Source: Patescibacteria group bacterium (GTDB lineage Bacteria; Patescibacteriota; Minisyncoccia; Phycocordibacterales; PALSA-1337). Taken from it: a stretch of 64,000 bases of DNA. The translations under genes and the position numbers were made by a program. The notes under the pieces were generated by a model. The model ran no database searches. It worked only from the letters and a program-made list of their open reading frames with translations, and was not told the DNA's origin. Positions 37,944-48,348 of the stretch are shown here, one piece after another (within the stretch, counting starts at the first letter, position 1; each line of letters begins with the position of its first letter). The stretch is taken from NCBI GenBank assembly GCA_018971685.1, contig JAGXAG010000001.1, forward strand, positions 19,162 through 83,161. Reading direction: 5' to 3'.

Positions 37944-40025
37944 CTAAAAATCAATAAAAATCGCCTTGGCACCCGTCGGTTTCTCCGGGACATGTTCCTC
38001 GAGCGACTCTTTCGCGATATCATCAATAAACTCCGACGGCGCACTAACCCTCTGCGCCCCATAAATATTCCGCACGATCGCGTAGCTCAAAAACACCTTT
38101 TTCTTCGCTCTCGTCAGCGCTACATAGAAAAGCCGCCGCTCCTCTTCCTCATCCGCCCGGCTCACTTCCTTTTCGTCCGCGCGTTTGAACGGGAATAAAT
38201 CCTGTTCCAGCCCGGCGACGAAGACCGCGTCAAATTCAAGGCCTTTCGACGCATGCACTGTCATCAGCTTCACCGCATCTTCGTTTTTTTCTAGTTCGTC
38301 CTGATCCGTCGCCAGCGCCGCGTTTTCCAGGAATTTTTCTATGCCGCTTGCGCCGTCTTGCGCCGTTTGCACAGTCCCCGCATGCGCAAACGCTCCCGCG
38401 GCAGGCAGATCATCGTATTGCGTCGCCACCGAAACCAATTCTTGAATGTTCCTCAGCCGTTCCTCGTCATCAATGTCCCCTTTTTGGAATACCCGCGACA
38501 TTCCGGTTTCTTCGATGATAAATTTCACCGCCTCTGACGGCTTCTTTTCCATGATCTCTTTCTTGATATCGCCGAGCAGTTTCCAGAAGCCGGCGACTTT
38601 TTCTTTCATTGCCGGCGGCAGATCCGTCACGCCGGACGCCAGTTTTATGACCGTCGCTTTGCCTATGCCGCGCGGCGGCACATTGATGATTCTCGCTATG
38701 TCGCCCCAACTTTCGCTCGGTTCACCGGCGGGTTCGCTGAGGTCCGACTTCAGTATACTGATGTCCGACCTCAGCGAACCGTCGTGATTCAGCGCCGCGC
38801 GGACATAAGAAAGCACATCTTTTACCTCTTTCCGTTCGAAGAAGCGGGTGCCGATCAATTGGTATGGTATGTTTTTCTTTATAAACGCTTCTTCCAACGC
38901 CCTCGATTGAAAATTCGCCCGATACAGCACCGCGATTTCCCCGGGTGAAATGCCCGAAGCAATCAGCCTCTTGGCGGTGTCGGCGATCGCGCGCGCCTCG
39001 TCATTTTCGGTGTATGAAACCAGTAGTGAAATTTTTTCGCCCTCGATATTGTCCGTATAGAGCGTCTTGTCTTTGCGCAGAATGTTCTTCTTGATGATGT
39101 CATTCGCCGCCGACAGAATGATCTTCGTTGAGCGATAATTTTTCTCCAGCGTAATGACCGTCGCATCCGGATAATCTTTCTCGAAATTCAATATGTTTTC
39201 GATCGTCGCGCCGCGCCAGCCGTAAATATTCTGGTCCGCGTCGCCGACCGCGCAGATATTCGGCCGCGCCGCGCCGGCCAAGACTTGCCCGTCAGTCAGA
39301 TATTTGGCGATCTTGTATTGTACCCTATTCGTGTCTTGATATTCGTCTATATGCAGATATTGCCAAAGGCCGCCGTAATATTTGCGCATACCCTCGCGTT
39401 TTTCCAAGAATTGAGCCGTCTTCAGAAGCAAATCGTCGAAATCAAGCGCTTTTTCTTTGGCCAGAATCAATTCGTATTTTTCCCAGACGCCGGCCGCCAT
39501 TTCCTCGATGAAATCTTTGGCCGCGCCGAAATATTCGAGCCGGCCGATCCCGTCGCCTTTGGCCAGCGATATCTTGTTCAAGATAAATCCCGGATCGAAT
39601 TTTTTCGGATCGATCGACGACTGTTCCATCGCCTCTTTTATCGCCCTCTTCGAATCCGCCCGGTCGTATATCGTAAAATGCCTCGTCAAACCGAACTCTC
39701 TGGCATGCGCGCGTATGATCTGCACACCCAAGGAATGAAAAGTCGAGACGAACGGCCTTTCGCCGCGCGAATTTGACATCGAGACAGGCAAATTCAAGTC
39801 TTTGTCATTTGCGATCAGGCTCGCCACGCGGTCCCGCATCTCTCTTGCCGCCTTATTGGTGAAAGTTATTGCCAGGATGTTGTGCGGCGCCACTCCATTC
39901 CTGATCAAGTTCAATATTCGGTGCGTTATTACCCGCGTCTTGCCCGAACCCGCCCCGGCAATTATCAGCACCGGCCCATCAATCGTGTTCACCGCCTTTA
40001 ATTGTTCCGGATTTAACCCATCCAT
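37944..40025 (-). CDS. uvrD: ATP-dependent DNA helicase UvrD/PcrA family
   Basis: LNPEQLKAVNTIDGPVLIIAGAGSGKTRVITHRI, i.e. helicase motif I. SF1 motifs throughout. Confidence 0.9.
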   Translation of the reverse strand: MDGLNPEQLKAVNTIDGPVLIIAGAGSGKTRVITHRILNLIRNGVAPHNILAITFTNKAAREMRDRVASLIANDKDLNLPVSMSNSRGERPFVSTFHSLGVQIIRAHAREFGLTRHFTIYDRADSKRAIKEAMEQSSIDPKKFDPGFILNKISLAKGDGIGRLEYFGAAKDFIEEMAAGVWEKYELILAKEKALDFDDLLLKTAQFLEKREGMRKYYGGLWQYLHIDEYQDTNRVQYKIAKYLTDGQVLAGAARPNICAVGDADQNIYGWRGATIENILNFEKDYPDATVITLEKNYRSTKIILSAANDIIKKNILRKDKTLYTDNIEGEKISLLVSYTENDEARAIADTAKRLIASGISPGEIAVLYRANFQSRALEEAFIKKNIPYQLIGTRFFERKEVKDVLSYVRAALNHDGSLRSDISILKSDLSEPAGEPSESWGDIARIINVPPRGIGKATVIKLASGVTDLPPAMKEKVAGFWKLLGDIKKEIMEKKPSEAVKFIIEETGMSRVFQKGDIDDEERLRNIQELVSVATQYDDLPAAGAFAHAGTVQTAQDGASGIEKFLENAALATDQDELEKNEDAVKLMTVHASKGLEFDAVFVAGLEQDLFPFKRADEKEVSRADEEEERRLFYVALTRAKKKVFLSYAIVRNIYGAQRVSAPSEFIDDIAKESLEEHVPEKPTGAKAIFIDF

Positions 40026-40289
40026 GTTGTTGAAAATAACACAAAGCCCGTTGCTAATCTATCCTAATCTCCTTTCACCGACCATTCCGCATAAATTATT
40101 GACATCTTGGCAACAAACATGACTGTGTACAAACTCGATTGACAATTCTCTCTCACCTGCTATTCTGCACAAAGCACCCTAATGACAAATCATCATTGAG
40201 TGGCTCAACCGAGCCATTTGTTCATTAAGGAGCCACCTCCTGAAAGGATGGACGAAAGTAACGGCTGAACTCGGAAAGAAACACAATTT

Positions 40290-41423
40290 ATGCGATTTTC
40301 ATCAAATCCTCATAACAAAAATAAAAGTCATTTGAAGCGCCCATATTCATGGACAGCGACTTTAATCATAGCCATTACTACGCTTGTAGTTTCTTCAGGG
40401 ACCGCTTATGCCGGCCTCTTTTCTTTCCTGGCGCCACTCATCGAAGGTTCGCCGGTTTCGGCGCAAACTGTTACCGATAATAATCTGCAAAACCTTCAGA
40501 CCCTGGCTTTATTGCAAGCGGCTGTCAATACTGACCCAAACCCCAACAAGATTGCCGACGAAATACCGATCGAAAACAACAACACATTGTCTCCAAGCGT
40601 AGCTGCTTCCAATACTGGTACCGATTCCGACCAACTCAATACGCAAGTTACCAGTTACTCTGTCCAAGAGGGAGACAATCTCTCGGTTATCGCAAACATG
40701 TTCGACATCTCGGTTGATACAATCAAACAAGCTAATCATTTGATCGGCAATAATGTTCATGTCGGCCAATCACTGGTTATATTGCCTGTCTCTGGCGTTT
40801 TGTACGCTGTGAAAGCCGGTGATTCGATACAAAAAATTGCCGATAGGTACAAAGTAGACGAGAGTGATATTTACGCATACAACAATCTAACATCCTCGTC
40901 AGTCATAGTGAAAGGTCAAGAACTCATCATTCCTCACGGTAAACCTTCAGTTTCGGATGTCAATTCGTTCTTGGCTAGACAGAAAATGCATGTGCCTTCG
41001 TTTGAACCACTACTCGACCCTGTATGGAATTGGCCGTCGTACACCGATTATTGGACTTGTCCGGTACCCGGTGCACATCTATCTCAAGGTTTGCATGGGC
41101 ACAATGCTGTTGATTTAGCTATTGGCTTGAATACCCCTATACGCGCTGCCGCCGCCGGTACAGTCATTGTCAGCAAGTCTAATGGCTATTATGGACGCAG
41201 CTCTAACGGCGGTTATGGTAACTTCGTCATGATCGCTCATCCTAACGGCGCCGAAACCCTCTATGCCCACATGTCTAGACCGGCAGTTTCCGTCGGAGAG
41301 AGTGTTGCCCAGGGTGAAATCATCGGTTATATAGGTATGACCGGCATGACGACCGGACCCCATGTTCACTTTGAAATCCGCAATGCCGCCAATCCATTCG
41401 TCGACCCCGCGCTGTGTAAATGA
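40290..41423 (+). CDS. LysM-domain M23 family peptidase (cell-wall hydrolase)
   Basis: Two LysM repeats (YSVQEGDNLSVIA; YAVKAGDSIQKIA). M23 HxxxD/HxH motifs (GLHGHNAVDL; GPHVHFEI). Preceded by a 264-nt structured leader. Confidence 0.8.
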   Translation: MRFSSNPHNKNKSHLKRPYSWTATLIIAITTLVVSSGTAYAGLFSFLAPLIEGSPVSAQTVTDNNLQNLQTLALLQAAVNTDPNPNKIADEIPIENNNTLSPSVAASNTGTDSDQLNTQVTSYSVQEGDNLSVIANMFDISVDTIKQANHLIGNNVHVGQSLVILPVSGVLYAVKAGDSIQKIADRYKVDESDIYAYNNLTSSSVIVKGQELIIPHGKPSVSDVNSFLARQKMHVPSFEPLLDPVWNWPSYTDYWTCPVPGAHLSQGLHGHNAVDLAIGLNTPIRAAAAGTVIVSKSNGYYGRSSNGGYGNFVMIAHPNGAETLYAHMSRPAVSVGESVAQGEIIGYIGMTGMTTGPHVHFEIRNAANPFVDPALCK

Positions 41424-41425
41424 CA

Positions 41426-42943
41426 TCATAACCTTTGCCTGTATTGTAACGCCTCAAGAATATGGTCTTTTTCGACCGTCTCACTGTCCGCCAGGTCCGC
41501 AATCGTACGCGCCACTTTGATGACGCGATGGAAGGCGCGTCCGGAGAGTTCGAATCGGCCAGCCGATATTGATAATATTGAGCGCGCCTCGGAGCTCATT
41601 TCTATGCATTTTTCGATGTCTTTGGCGCCCATTTCGCTGTTATAAAATTTATCCGCGCGTAATGACTTGAATCTGTTCAGCTGTTTTTCCCTGGCGGCGG
41701 TTACGCGCCTCCTGATAACTTCTGATGGTTCGGCGTCTGATTCTCGTTGGGCTAATTTATCGTAATCAACCTTGTTAACATCGATCCAAATGTCGATACG
41801 GTCCAGAATAGGACCCGATATCCGCTTTTTATAAAATTCCAGCAGCCGTTCGGAACAATTACAACCGCGGTCTTTGCCTTTGCCGCAAGGACATGGATTC
41901 ATCGAAGCGATCAGCATGCATTGAGCCGGGAATCTGATCGTGCCCCGTGCCCGCGAAATCGTTATAAGCCGATCTTCCAGCGGCTGGCGTAAAGCTTCAA
42001 TGACGCTGCGGTCAAATTCCGGAAACTCGTCCATGAATAAGACGCCTCTGTGAGCCAGCGTGATTTCTCCGGGCCGAGGGAAAGCACCGCCGCCGACAAT
42101 CGAAGGGTATGATGCGGTATGGTGCGGCGATCGGAATGGCGGGCGCGTGATCAATCCGGATTGCAATACATGGGCCGCTGAATGAATACCTGTGACCTCG
42201 ACCGACTGTTCATAAGAAAGTGGCGGCAAGATCGAACAAAAGCTGTGTGCCAGCATTGTCTTGCCCGTTCCCGGCGGTCCGCACATGAGAATGTTATGCG
42301 CTCCGGCCGCGGCTATTTCCATGCCTCTTTTGGCGGTTTCATTGCCTCTGATTGTTCGCATGTTTATACACTCTTCCGATACTATGCTTTTATCATCGGT
42401 AGGCTTTAACGGCATAAGCTGCGCAGATCCGCCAATATGACCGATGATTTCATTGAGTGACGACGCAGCGAATATGGTTATACCGCGCGCCAGAGACGCT
42501 TCGATAGAGTTTTCTGCAGGTATGAACGCTTCTGTAAAGCCGTTCGCTGGCGCCTGACAAAGTATTGGCAGAAGCCCGGTTATTCTGCGGATATTCCCTC
42601 CCAGTGATAGCTCACCAAGGAACAATTTTCCTTTCGGATCGAATGAAATTTCTTCGGCTGCCGCAAGGTAAGCGAGCGCCATGGCCAAATCAAAAGCAGC
42701 CCCTTCCTTTCTGGCATCGGCCGGTGCCAACGATATAACAACTTTTTGGTTTTTCTGTTTGGGCGAGGCATAGCCGGAATTTTTCACTGCGGCCGAGACG
42801 CGATCTTTGGCTTCTTCCACAGCACGATCGCCCAAACCGACGATTGATAGGGCGTTAAGGCCGTTCGAGATGTCGACCTCTACGGTAACGATTTCCGACT
42901 GCAGTCCTACTAATTGCGCGCTGTATGATTTGGCGATGCTCAT
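41426..42943 (-). CDS. comM: Mg-chelatase-like AAA+ ATPase ComM/YifB
   Basis: N-terminal Lon-like domain. Walker A CGPPGTGKT. C-terminal ChlI domain. Confidence 0.85.
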   Translation of the reverse strand: MSIAKSYSAQLVGLQSEIVTVEVDISNGLNALSIVGLGDRAVEEAKDRVSAAVKNSGYASPKQKNQKVVISLAPADARKEGAAFDLAMALAYLAAAEEISFDPKGKLFLGELSLGGNIRRITGLLPILCQAPANGFTEAFIPAENSIEASLARGITIFAASSLNEIIGHIGGSAQLMPLKPTDDKSIVSEECINMRTIRGNETAKRGMEIAAAGAHNILMCGPPGTGKTMLAHSFCSILPPLSYEQSVEVTGIHSAAHVLQSGLITRPPFRSPHHTASYPSIVGGGAFPRPGEITLAHRGVLFMDEFPEFDRSVIEALRQPLEDRLITISRARGTIRFPAQCMLIASMNPCPCGKGKDRGCNCSERLLEFYKKRISGPILDRIDIWIDVNKVDYDKLAQRESDAEPSEVIRRRVTAAREKQLNRFKSLRADKFYNSEMGAKDIEKCIEMSSEARSILSISAGRFELSGRAFHRVIKVARTIADLADSETVEKDHILEALQYRQRL

Positions 42944-43062
42944 GAAAGCATCTTACCAAAGCGAGATTACAGTTTGATTACAAACTGGTTACTTTTTGAT
43001 AACAAAAGTATGACTTTTTAATGACAAGATTTTACAAAATTGTCCGTGATTATTCCTCAAAA

Positions 43063-43428
43063 TCATTTGTGGAGGTGTTTGATGGAAATTCTAGCGCTCG
43101 GGTTGGCATCCAACCGTTCTCTTTCTATCGGTTCACCGCATTTCTCGCATATTCCGTAAGTTCCATTGGCTATCCTGTCCAACGCCGAGTTTATTTCCGA
43201 TAATTGATTTTCCAATTGTCCGGCGATGCCGGCGTTTTCTTCCAGTTCCTCGAATTTGTCGGCGACTTCATTTTCGTCCGCCGCATCTACTTCTATTTTG
43301 CCGCTGGTTGCTTCCCAGCCGCCTGGTCCGCTCGAGTCTTTCTGACTGATGCCGGAAAGTTCGGCCTCGATGTCGGCCTTTTCCGCCAGCAATTTTTTCT
43401 TGAAGTATTCCAAGTCTCTTTTGGTCAT
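43063..43428 (-). CDS. DksA/TraR-family zinc-finger protein (degenerate Cys pattern)
   Basis: Coiled-coil N-terminus. C-terminal GICEKCGEPIERERLDANPSARISIKH. Confidence 0.5.
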   Translation of the reverse strand: MTKRDLEYFKKKLLAEKADIEAELSGISQKDSSGPGGWEATSGKIEVDAADENEVADKFEELEENAGIAGQLENQLSEINSALDRIANGTYGICEKCGEPIERERLDANPSARISIKHLHK

Positions 43429-43437
43429 GGCATAATC

Positions 43438-45003
43438 CTAGCGCATAAAGCTTTGTTGTTCAAGCCGCGAGACGATTTCCGACAAGGATGCCTCGCCGCC
43501 GGAGAAGACCAGCTTGCTATTATCGACGAATGAATACAGGAACAAGGTGCGTCCGTCGCCGGTCTGGAATTCTCGTACATCTTTGTTGTGCACGATTCGA
43601 TCGACGAATTTTCCGCTTGGCGGCAGGTAATATTGCATGGTAAATCCCAGGTTTGCCGCAGAAGTGTTTGTCGAAGACGCGTTTACAGTTGCGGATGTTG
43701 TCGAGGATGTTATCGTTCCTCCCATGGTTGTAGTGGCGGTTGTGCTTGCAATCGGCGATTGCGAAACGGGCAGATTTGAAGTTACTATTGGCAAATACTG
43801 TTTCAGATCATCAGTCATGACGCTTTCCCAAGCCAGCATGCCGGCGAAAGCGTTTTGGAAATAATTGGTAGTGACGATTACGAAAGGCTGTTTTGTTCCG
43901 TCGGGACCGGCATAAACGCCGAACATCCACTGATCAGTTATTGTCCGTGCCAATGAATCTGGCACTGGTATATTCATCAAGCGGAGCATTTCCGGTCCAG
44001 TTACGGCGAGCGTTTGATTTCCGCTTATCTCCGTAAAATCGAATGCTTTGACGGTATTTGGTGCCTGTGGTTTTGCGATTTCCGCCTGCACACGGCTGAT
44101 TATTTGGTTGGCCGAAAGTCCGTCAACAGATATCGATACTATGGCATCGACCGGAATCATTTCGGTATTTGCCTGTTGTATCGGTGTAACGGTTTTGGGC
44201 GAAAGCGGGCTTTGATAATAAAGGTAATATGATCCGATCGAACCGATGCCGATCAAAATCAAGCTCAGGATCAGTAGCAATAATTTTTTGCCGGTATGCG
44301 AACTTTTATGGCTCGTTTTTTCATTGGAAACCGATCCCTGCTCGCCACCCTTTTTGTTTTCGGCTACTACCATCGAAGCCACTGATGCTTTTCTGTGGGC
44401 CATAAATCCTGCCACATCGCCTTCATATGTCCGAAGTGCTTTCTGGACGAAATTACCACCTTCTTTCTCTCTAAATTTTTCGATTATCGGCTGGCCGTCT
44501 TCACCCAGCGTTAGCGGTTTCGGCTGATCAATGATCATGTCCGTAGCTGTTTTGGGAATTGTTTCCGGAGTTTTCTGTGCTTTTGCTATGGATTGCGATA
44601 AATCCGAAATGGGTATGGATTGTTTTAGCGGTTGTTTAACAGGCTGTTTTGCTGATTGCGTCGGTTGTTGGATTTGAGGCATAGCGCCTTGATTTTTGTT
44701 TGATGTGCGATGTATGACAGCCTCAATGTTCATCTTCTTTATTTCGTCTTGAAGCGCGGTATTTGGCTGATCTTCATTCTGGATAGAGTTTGGTCTGTCG
44801 GGCACCTGTTCGTCGGTATCCCCGATCGGTTTTATATCGAAGTCCGGAGAAATTTCGAATATATGTTCGGGCGGGGCATCTGTTTCTTGTTCGGTTACAT
44901 CAGCTATGCCGCTCGGCGGCACCTCCGTTTCTGATTGCGGCTGAAATTTCGTATCGGGTTTGGCTGAATATTTTGGTAATGGCCGATTTTGTTCGTTGTT
45001 CAT
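43438..45003 (-). CDS. hypothetical membrane protein (long disordered N-terminus, one TM, C-terminal domain)
   Basis: 521 aa. TM segment LLLLILSLILIGIGSIGSYYLY. Confidence 0.45.
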   Translation of the reverse strand: MNNEQNRPLPKYSAKPDTKFQPQSETEVPPSGIADVTEQETDAPPEHIFEISPDFDIKPIGDTDEQVPDRPNSIQNEDQPNTALQDEIKKMNIEAVIHRTSNKNQGAMPQIQQPTQSAKQPVKQPLKQSIPISDLSQSIAKAQKTPETIPKTATDMIIDQPKPLTLGEDGQPIIEKFREKEGGNFVQKALRTYEGDVAGFMAHRKASVASMVVAENKKGGEQGSVSNEKTSHKSSHTGKKLLLLILSLILIGIGSIGSYYLYYQSPLSPKTVTPIQQANTEMIPVDAIVSISVDGLSANQIISRVQAEIAKPQAPNTVKAFDFTEISGNQTLAVTGPEMLRLMNIPVPDSLARTITDQWMFGVYAGPDGTKQPFVIVTTNYFQNAFAGMLAWESVMTDDLKQYLPIVTSNLPVSQSPIASTTATTTMGGTITSSTTSATVNASSTNTSAANLGFTMQYYLPPSGKFVDRIVHNKDVREFQTGDGRTLFLYSFVDNSKLVFSGGEASLSEIVSRLEQQSFMR

Positions 45004-45026
45004 TAATCATATTATACAGAGAAAAT

Positions 45027-45059
45027 GAAAAGCCCGCACCTTTTCGATGCGGGCTTTTC
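45027..45059 (-). terminator. Rho-independent terminator downstream of pnp (AAAAGCCCGCA...TGCGGGCTTTT)
   Basis: 11-bp GC-rich stem flanked by A/T runs, 22 nt after the pnp stop. Bidirectional shape. Confidence 0.6.
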
Positions 45060-45080
45060 ATAAGAACGATATTTTTCGAT

Positions 45081-47234
45081 CTAATACCTCTTGCGGAATC
45101 CGCCGCCGAAGCCGTGGCGCGGCGGCTTGGGGGTTTCTTCTTTTTTGGCGAAGAAGTTGGGGTCGGCTTGTTTGACGGACAAATTGATACGACCTTTTTC
45201 GTCTATTTCTTTCACCACCACGGGTACTTTCATGCCTTCTTTGACATAGGTTTCGACTCTCTCAACTCGGAATGGAGCCATTTCCGAGACATGCACCATA
45301 CCTTCGGCGTTCGGTCCGATCTTCACGAAGAAGCCGAAGTCCATGAGTCGCGTTACTTCCCCGTCGAATCGTTCGCCGGGCATGTATTCACGGGTCATGT
45401 TGTATATGATTTCCTTGGCCTTCTCCGCGGTGCCGCCTTTGCCGGTGATGAATACCGATCCGTCGTCTTCGATTGTGATGTCTTCAACATGGGTGACATC
45501 GCGGATTTCGTTTATTGTTTTGCCGCCGGAACCGATGACTAGGCCGATCTGGTCGGGCTTTATTTTCATCGAGATGATTTCAGGCGCGTTTGGCGAGATT
45601 GATTCTCGCGGCCTGGCGATTTCTTTTTCGATCATGTCCAGGATTTGATAGCGGGCTTTCTTGGCCTTTTCGAGCGCTTCGGCTAGGATTTTGAGCGGTA
45701 TGCCGCCGACTTTGATATCCATCTGTACGGCCGTGATGCCTTCGCGCGTCCCGGCGACCTTAAAGTCCATGTCACCGTGGTGATCTTCGGGACCTTGGAT
45801 GTCGGTAAGGAGTTTGTATTCCTTGGGATTTCTCATCATAAGTCCACTGGCAATGCCCGCAACCGGCGCCTTGATAGGTACGCCCCCATCCATGAGTGCA
45901 AGAGTGGAGCCGCATACGGAACCCATAGAAGTGGAACCGTTGGATGCCATAGCTTCCGATACCAGCCGGATCGTGTAAGGGAATAGTTCTTTATTGGGGA
46001 TAACGGGTAGCAGTGCTTTTTCGGCGAGCGCGCCGTGGCCGATCATTCTCCGGTTTGTGCCGCCTATTCTGCCGGTTTCGCCGGTGGAGAACGGCGGGAA
46101 ATTGTAATGGTGCATGAAGCGCTTGTTTTCTTCAACAGTAACACCTTCGATAACCAAAGCATCGCCGGGACTGCCCAAGGTCAAAGTCGAAAGTATGTGC
46201 GTACCGCCGCGATAGAATATGCCGGAACCGTGAAGTATCGGCGACACCCCGCCTGCTTTGACGAACAGCGGTCGGATCTCATCCATTCCCCTTCCGTCGG
46301 CGCGCTTGCCGTTGTCTATAGCTTCGTCGTGGATCAATCGGTTGACGGCCTCTTCGAAAACTTCCTGCGCCATACCGGCATTGCCTTCCGGCATTTTCTC
46401 GGCGAAAGTCTCAGTCCAAATTTCATTGATCTCGGCGATCTTTTTCTTGCCGGGTTCATTCGAGAATACATATTTTTTGAGTTTTGGCGCGATCTCTTTG
46501 TCGAAAAGCTCTTGAGTACCGGGTGTCGGCTCCGGCAATTCGACCTTGGCCTTCGTTTTGCCGATTTCTTGAATGATCTGCGCTTGCCACTTTTGGATCT
46601 TCTCGATTTCCTCCGACGCTCTTGCCAATCCGTCATTCACAAGAGATTCGCCAACCTCTTTTGACGCGACTTCTATCATATTTATCATGCCGTCTTTGCC
46701 ACAGGCGACCAAATCCAGGACGATGCCGGCGTCTTCTTTGGCCTTAAAGTCGGGATTGACTATCCAATCGTGGTTTTTGCCTATTCTTACGGCCGAAACT
46801 GGTCCGTTCCAAGGGATATCGGATGTTCCGAGCGCGAGCGAAGCCGCGATGACGGATACGACATCGGGATCTTCATCGGCAATGGAGATTGTCGTCAATA
46901 CGACTTGAACTTCATTGCGCATTTTCTGGTCGAAAAGCGGCCTTATGGTGCGGTCTACGACGCGCCCTGAGAGTATGGCTTCGGTCGAGGGCCGCCCTTC
47001 CCTGCGCACGAACCGCGAACCCAAAATTCTGCCGGTGGCGTAAAATCTTTCTTCGTAATCGACGGTCAGCGGGAAAAAGTCCCCATCCTTTTTGCCGCCC
47101 ATGACGGCGGTGGCGAGAACGACGGTGTCGCCGTATCTCACCATCACGGCGCCGTTCGCCTGATCTGCGAGGTCGTTGAACTCCGCGGTCAATGTTTTGC
47201 CGCCGACCTCTATCGAGTATTCTTCTTTGGTCAT
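45081..47234 (-). CDS. pnp: polyribonucleotide nucleotidyltransferase (PNPase)
   Basis: Two RNase PH domains, KH, S1, Gly/Arg-rich C-terminal tail. 717 aa. Confidence 0.9.
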   Translation of the reverse strand: MTKEEYSIEVGGKTLTAEFNDLADQANGAVMVRYGDTVVLATAVMGGKKDGDFFPLTVDYEERFYATGRILGSRFVRREGRPSTEAILSGRVVDRTIRPLFDQKMRNEVQVVLTTISIADEDPDVVSVIAASLALGTSDIPWNGPVSAVRIGKNHDWIVNPDFKAKEDAGIVLDLVACGKDGMINMIEVASKEVGESLVNDGLARASEEIEKIQKWQAQIIQEIGKTKAKVELPEPTPGTQELFDKEIAPKLKKYVFSNEPGKKKIAEINEIWTETFAEKMPEGNAGMAQEVFEEAVNRLIHDEAIDNGKRADGRGMDEIRPLFVKAGGVSPILHGSGIFYRGGTHILSTLTLGSPGDALVIEGVTVEENKRFMHHYNFPPFSTGETGRIGGTNRRMIGHGALAEKALLPVIPNKELFPYTIRLVSEAMASNGSTSMGSVCGSTLALMDGGVPIKAPVAGIASGLMMRNPKEYKLLTDIQGPEDHHGDMDFKVAGTREGITAVQMDIKVGGIPLKILAEALEKAKKARYQILDMIEKEIARPRESISPNAPEIISMKIKPDQIGLVIGSGGKTINEIRDVTHVEDITIEDDGSVFITGKGGTAEKAKEIIYNMTREYMPGERFDGEVTRLMDFGFFVKIGPNAEGMVHVSEMAPFRVERVETYVKEGMKVPVVVKEIDEKGRINLSVKQADPNFFAKKEETPKPPRHGFGGGFRKRY

Positions 47235-47250
47235 TAGTTTTATTTGCGCG

Positions 47251-47283
47251 GCTCACCGCACCGGTCGGACCGGTGCGGTGAGC
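47251..47283. repeat. GC-rich palindromic element (GCTCACCGCACCGGTCGGACCGGTGCGGTGAGC)
   Basis: Perfect 16-bp arms. Lies between the TspO stop and the pnp start. Confidence 0.6.
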
Positions 47284-47316
47284 CGTTTTTCGCCCGCGAA
47301 TTTCAGACTTGAAGAG

Positions 47317-47337
47317 TACACCGGTCGGACCGGTGTA
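47317..47337. repeat. GC-rich palindromic element (TACACCGGTCGGACCGGTGTA)
   Basis: Second copy, 34 nt from the first. Confidence 0.6.
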
Positions 47338-47451
47338 AGCGTTCAAACCTGCCTATTCACAGGCGAATTATGCTTTTAATGTGCCCCTTACGGGTAGTTA
47401 CAATTTAGCAGATATGATGTCAGAATACCAGGATCATCGCCATCTTTTCTG

Positions 47452-48174
47452 CTATAGAGTCGATATCGAATGCCACTCCCCGAGTACCTGCACTTTTGGC
47501 GGCCAATCCACCGTGTTTATGTATTTCATTCCTACATCCGCCGGATATTTGAATGAAATGCCGGTCGCCGCGTTTGTAACCTTAGACCAACTGTTATATT
47601 GAGTGGAATCATTCATTTGCCACAAGGAATAGTTCAAGACTCCGGCGAAACTGACCCAGAGCAGATACGGCAACAACAGCCAAGCGGCCGCTCTGGAAAC
47701 ACGCCGGAAATTGACCATCACATAGACGATAGATACCCACAATGCCAACAGCCAGAAGAAAGCCAAACCCGTTTGATGATAACCGAAAAATATTATTGAC
47801 CAGAATACATTCAAGGCCAATTGCACCGCGAATACGGCTATGATATTCGCCTTTTGCCAGTCGCCGTTCCAGAATCTATCCGACCATTTGTTCCAGCTTC
47901 TCCTGGTGCCGATATCTCCATTCCCGACATCGCCGACGATATCTGATCTCACGCGCCAACCATTTTTCCACACGAGGAAAAGAGCAACACCCATGAGCAG
48001 ATATAACACCGTCCAAACAGGGCCAAATACCCAGTTGGGTGGATTGAAAGCGGGCTTTGCAAGCGTCATGTACCAACCCCCTATTGCCGGAGCGGTGAAT
48101 ATGGAGCCGATGATTCCGGCGAGTTCGGTTATGGCTATCGATATCATGAGTTTGGCGATATTGTTTGCACTCAT
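47452..48174 (-). CDS. tspO: TspO/MBR family tryptophan-rich membrane protein (with loop insertion and C-terminal extension)
   Basis: AFNPPNWVFGPVWTVLYLLMG signature. 5 TM helices. Extra roughly 80-aa C-terminal domain. Confidence 0.65.
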   Translation of the reverse strand: MSANNIAKLMISIAITELAGIIGSIFTAPAIGGWYMTLAKPAFNPPNWVFGPVWTVLYLLMGVALFLVWKNGWRVRSDIVGDVGNGDIGTRRSWNKWSDRFWNGDWQKANIIAVFAVQLALNVFWSIIFFGYHQTGLAFFWLLALWVSIVYVMVNFRRVSRAAAWLLLPYLLWVSFAGVLNYSLWQMNDSTQYNSWSKVTNAATGISFKYPADVGMKYINTVDWPPKVQVLGEWHSISTL

Positions 48175-48348
48175 AATTATTTATTTTTCTCGGCGAAAAA
48201 TCTGGTCAGATAATACGCCACATTTTTCTTCCGGTTCCATGAGGATATTATACTACATCTTTCTGCTGTCATATGCCAAATGCAATATGGCTTGTCTATG
48301 TATCGACTTGCATCAATGCGGGCCGTTTTTTCATGCTACACTACCATC

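Noticed and set aside
44790-45542. 250-aa plus-strand ORF spanning the pnp terminator and antisense to two minus-strand genes
   Set aside because: Crosses an intergenic terminator hairpin. No motif. Antisense to PNPase C-terminus.
46035-47346. Multiple antisense or alternate-frame ORFs across pnp (46035..46664 +, 46334..46636 -, 46912..47346 -)
   Set aside because: PNPase domains are continuous in the annotated frame. The others are Arg-rich shadow ORFs.
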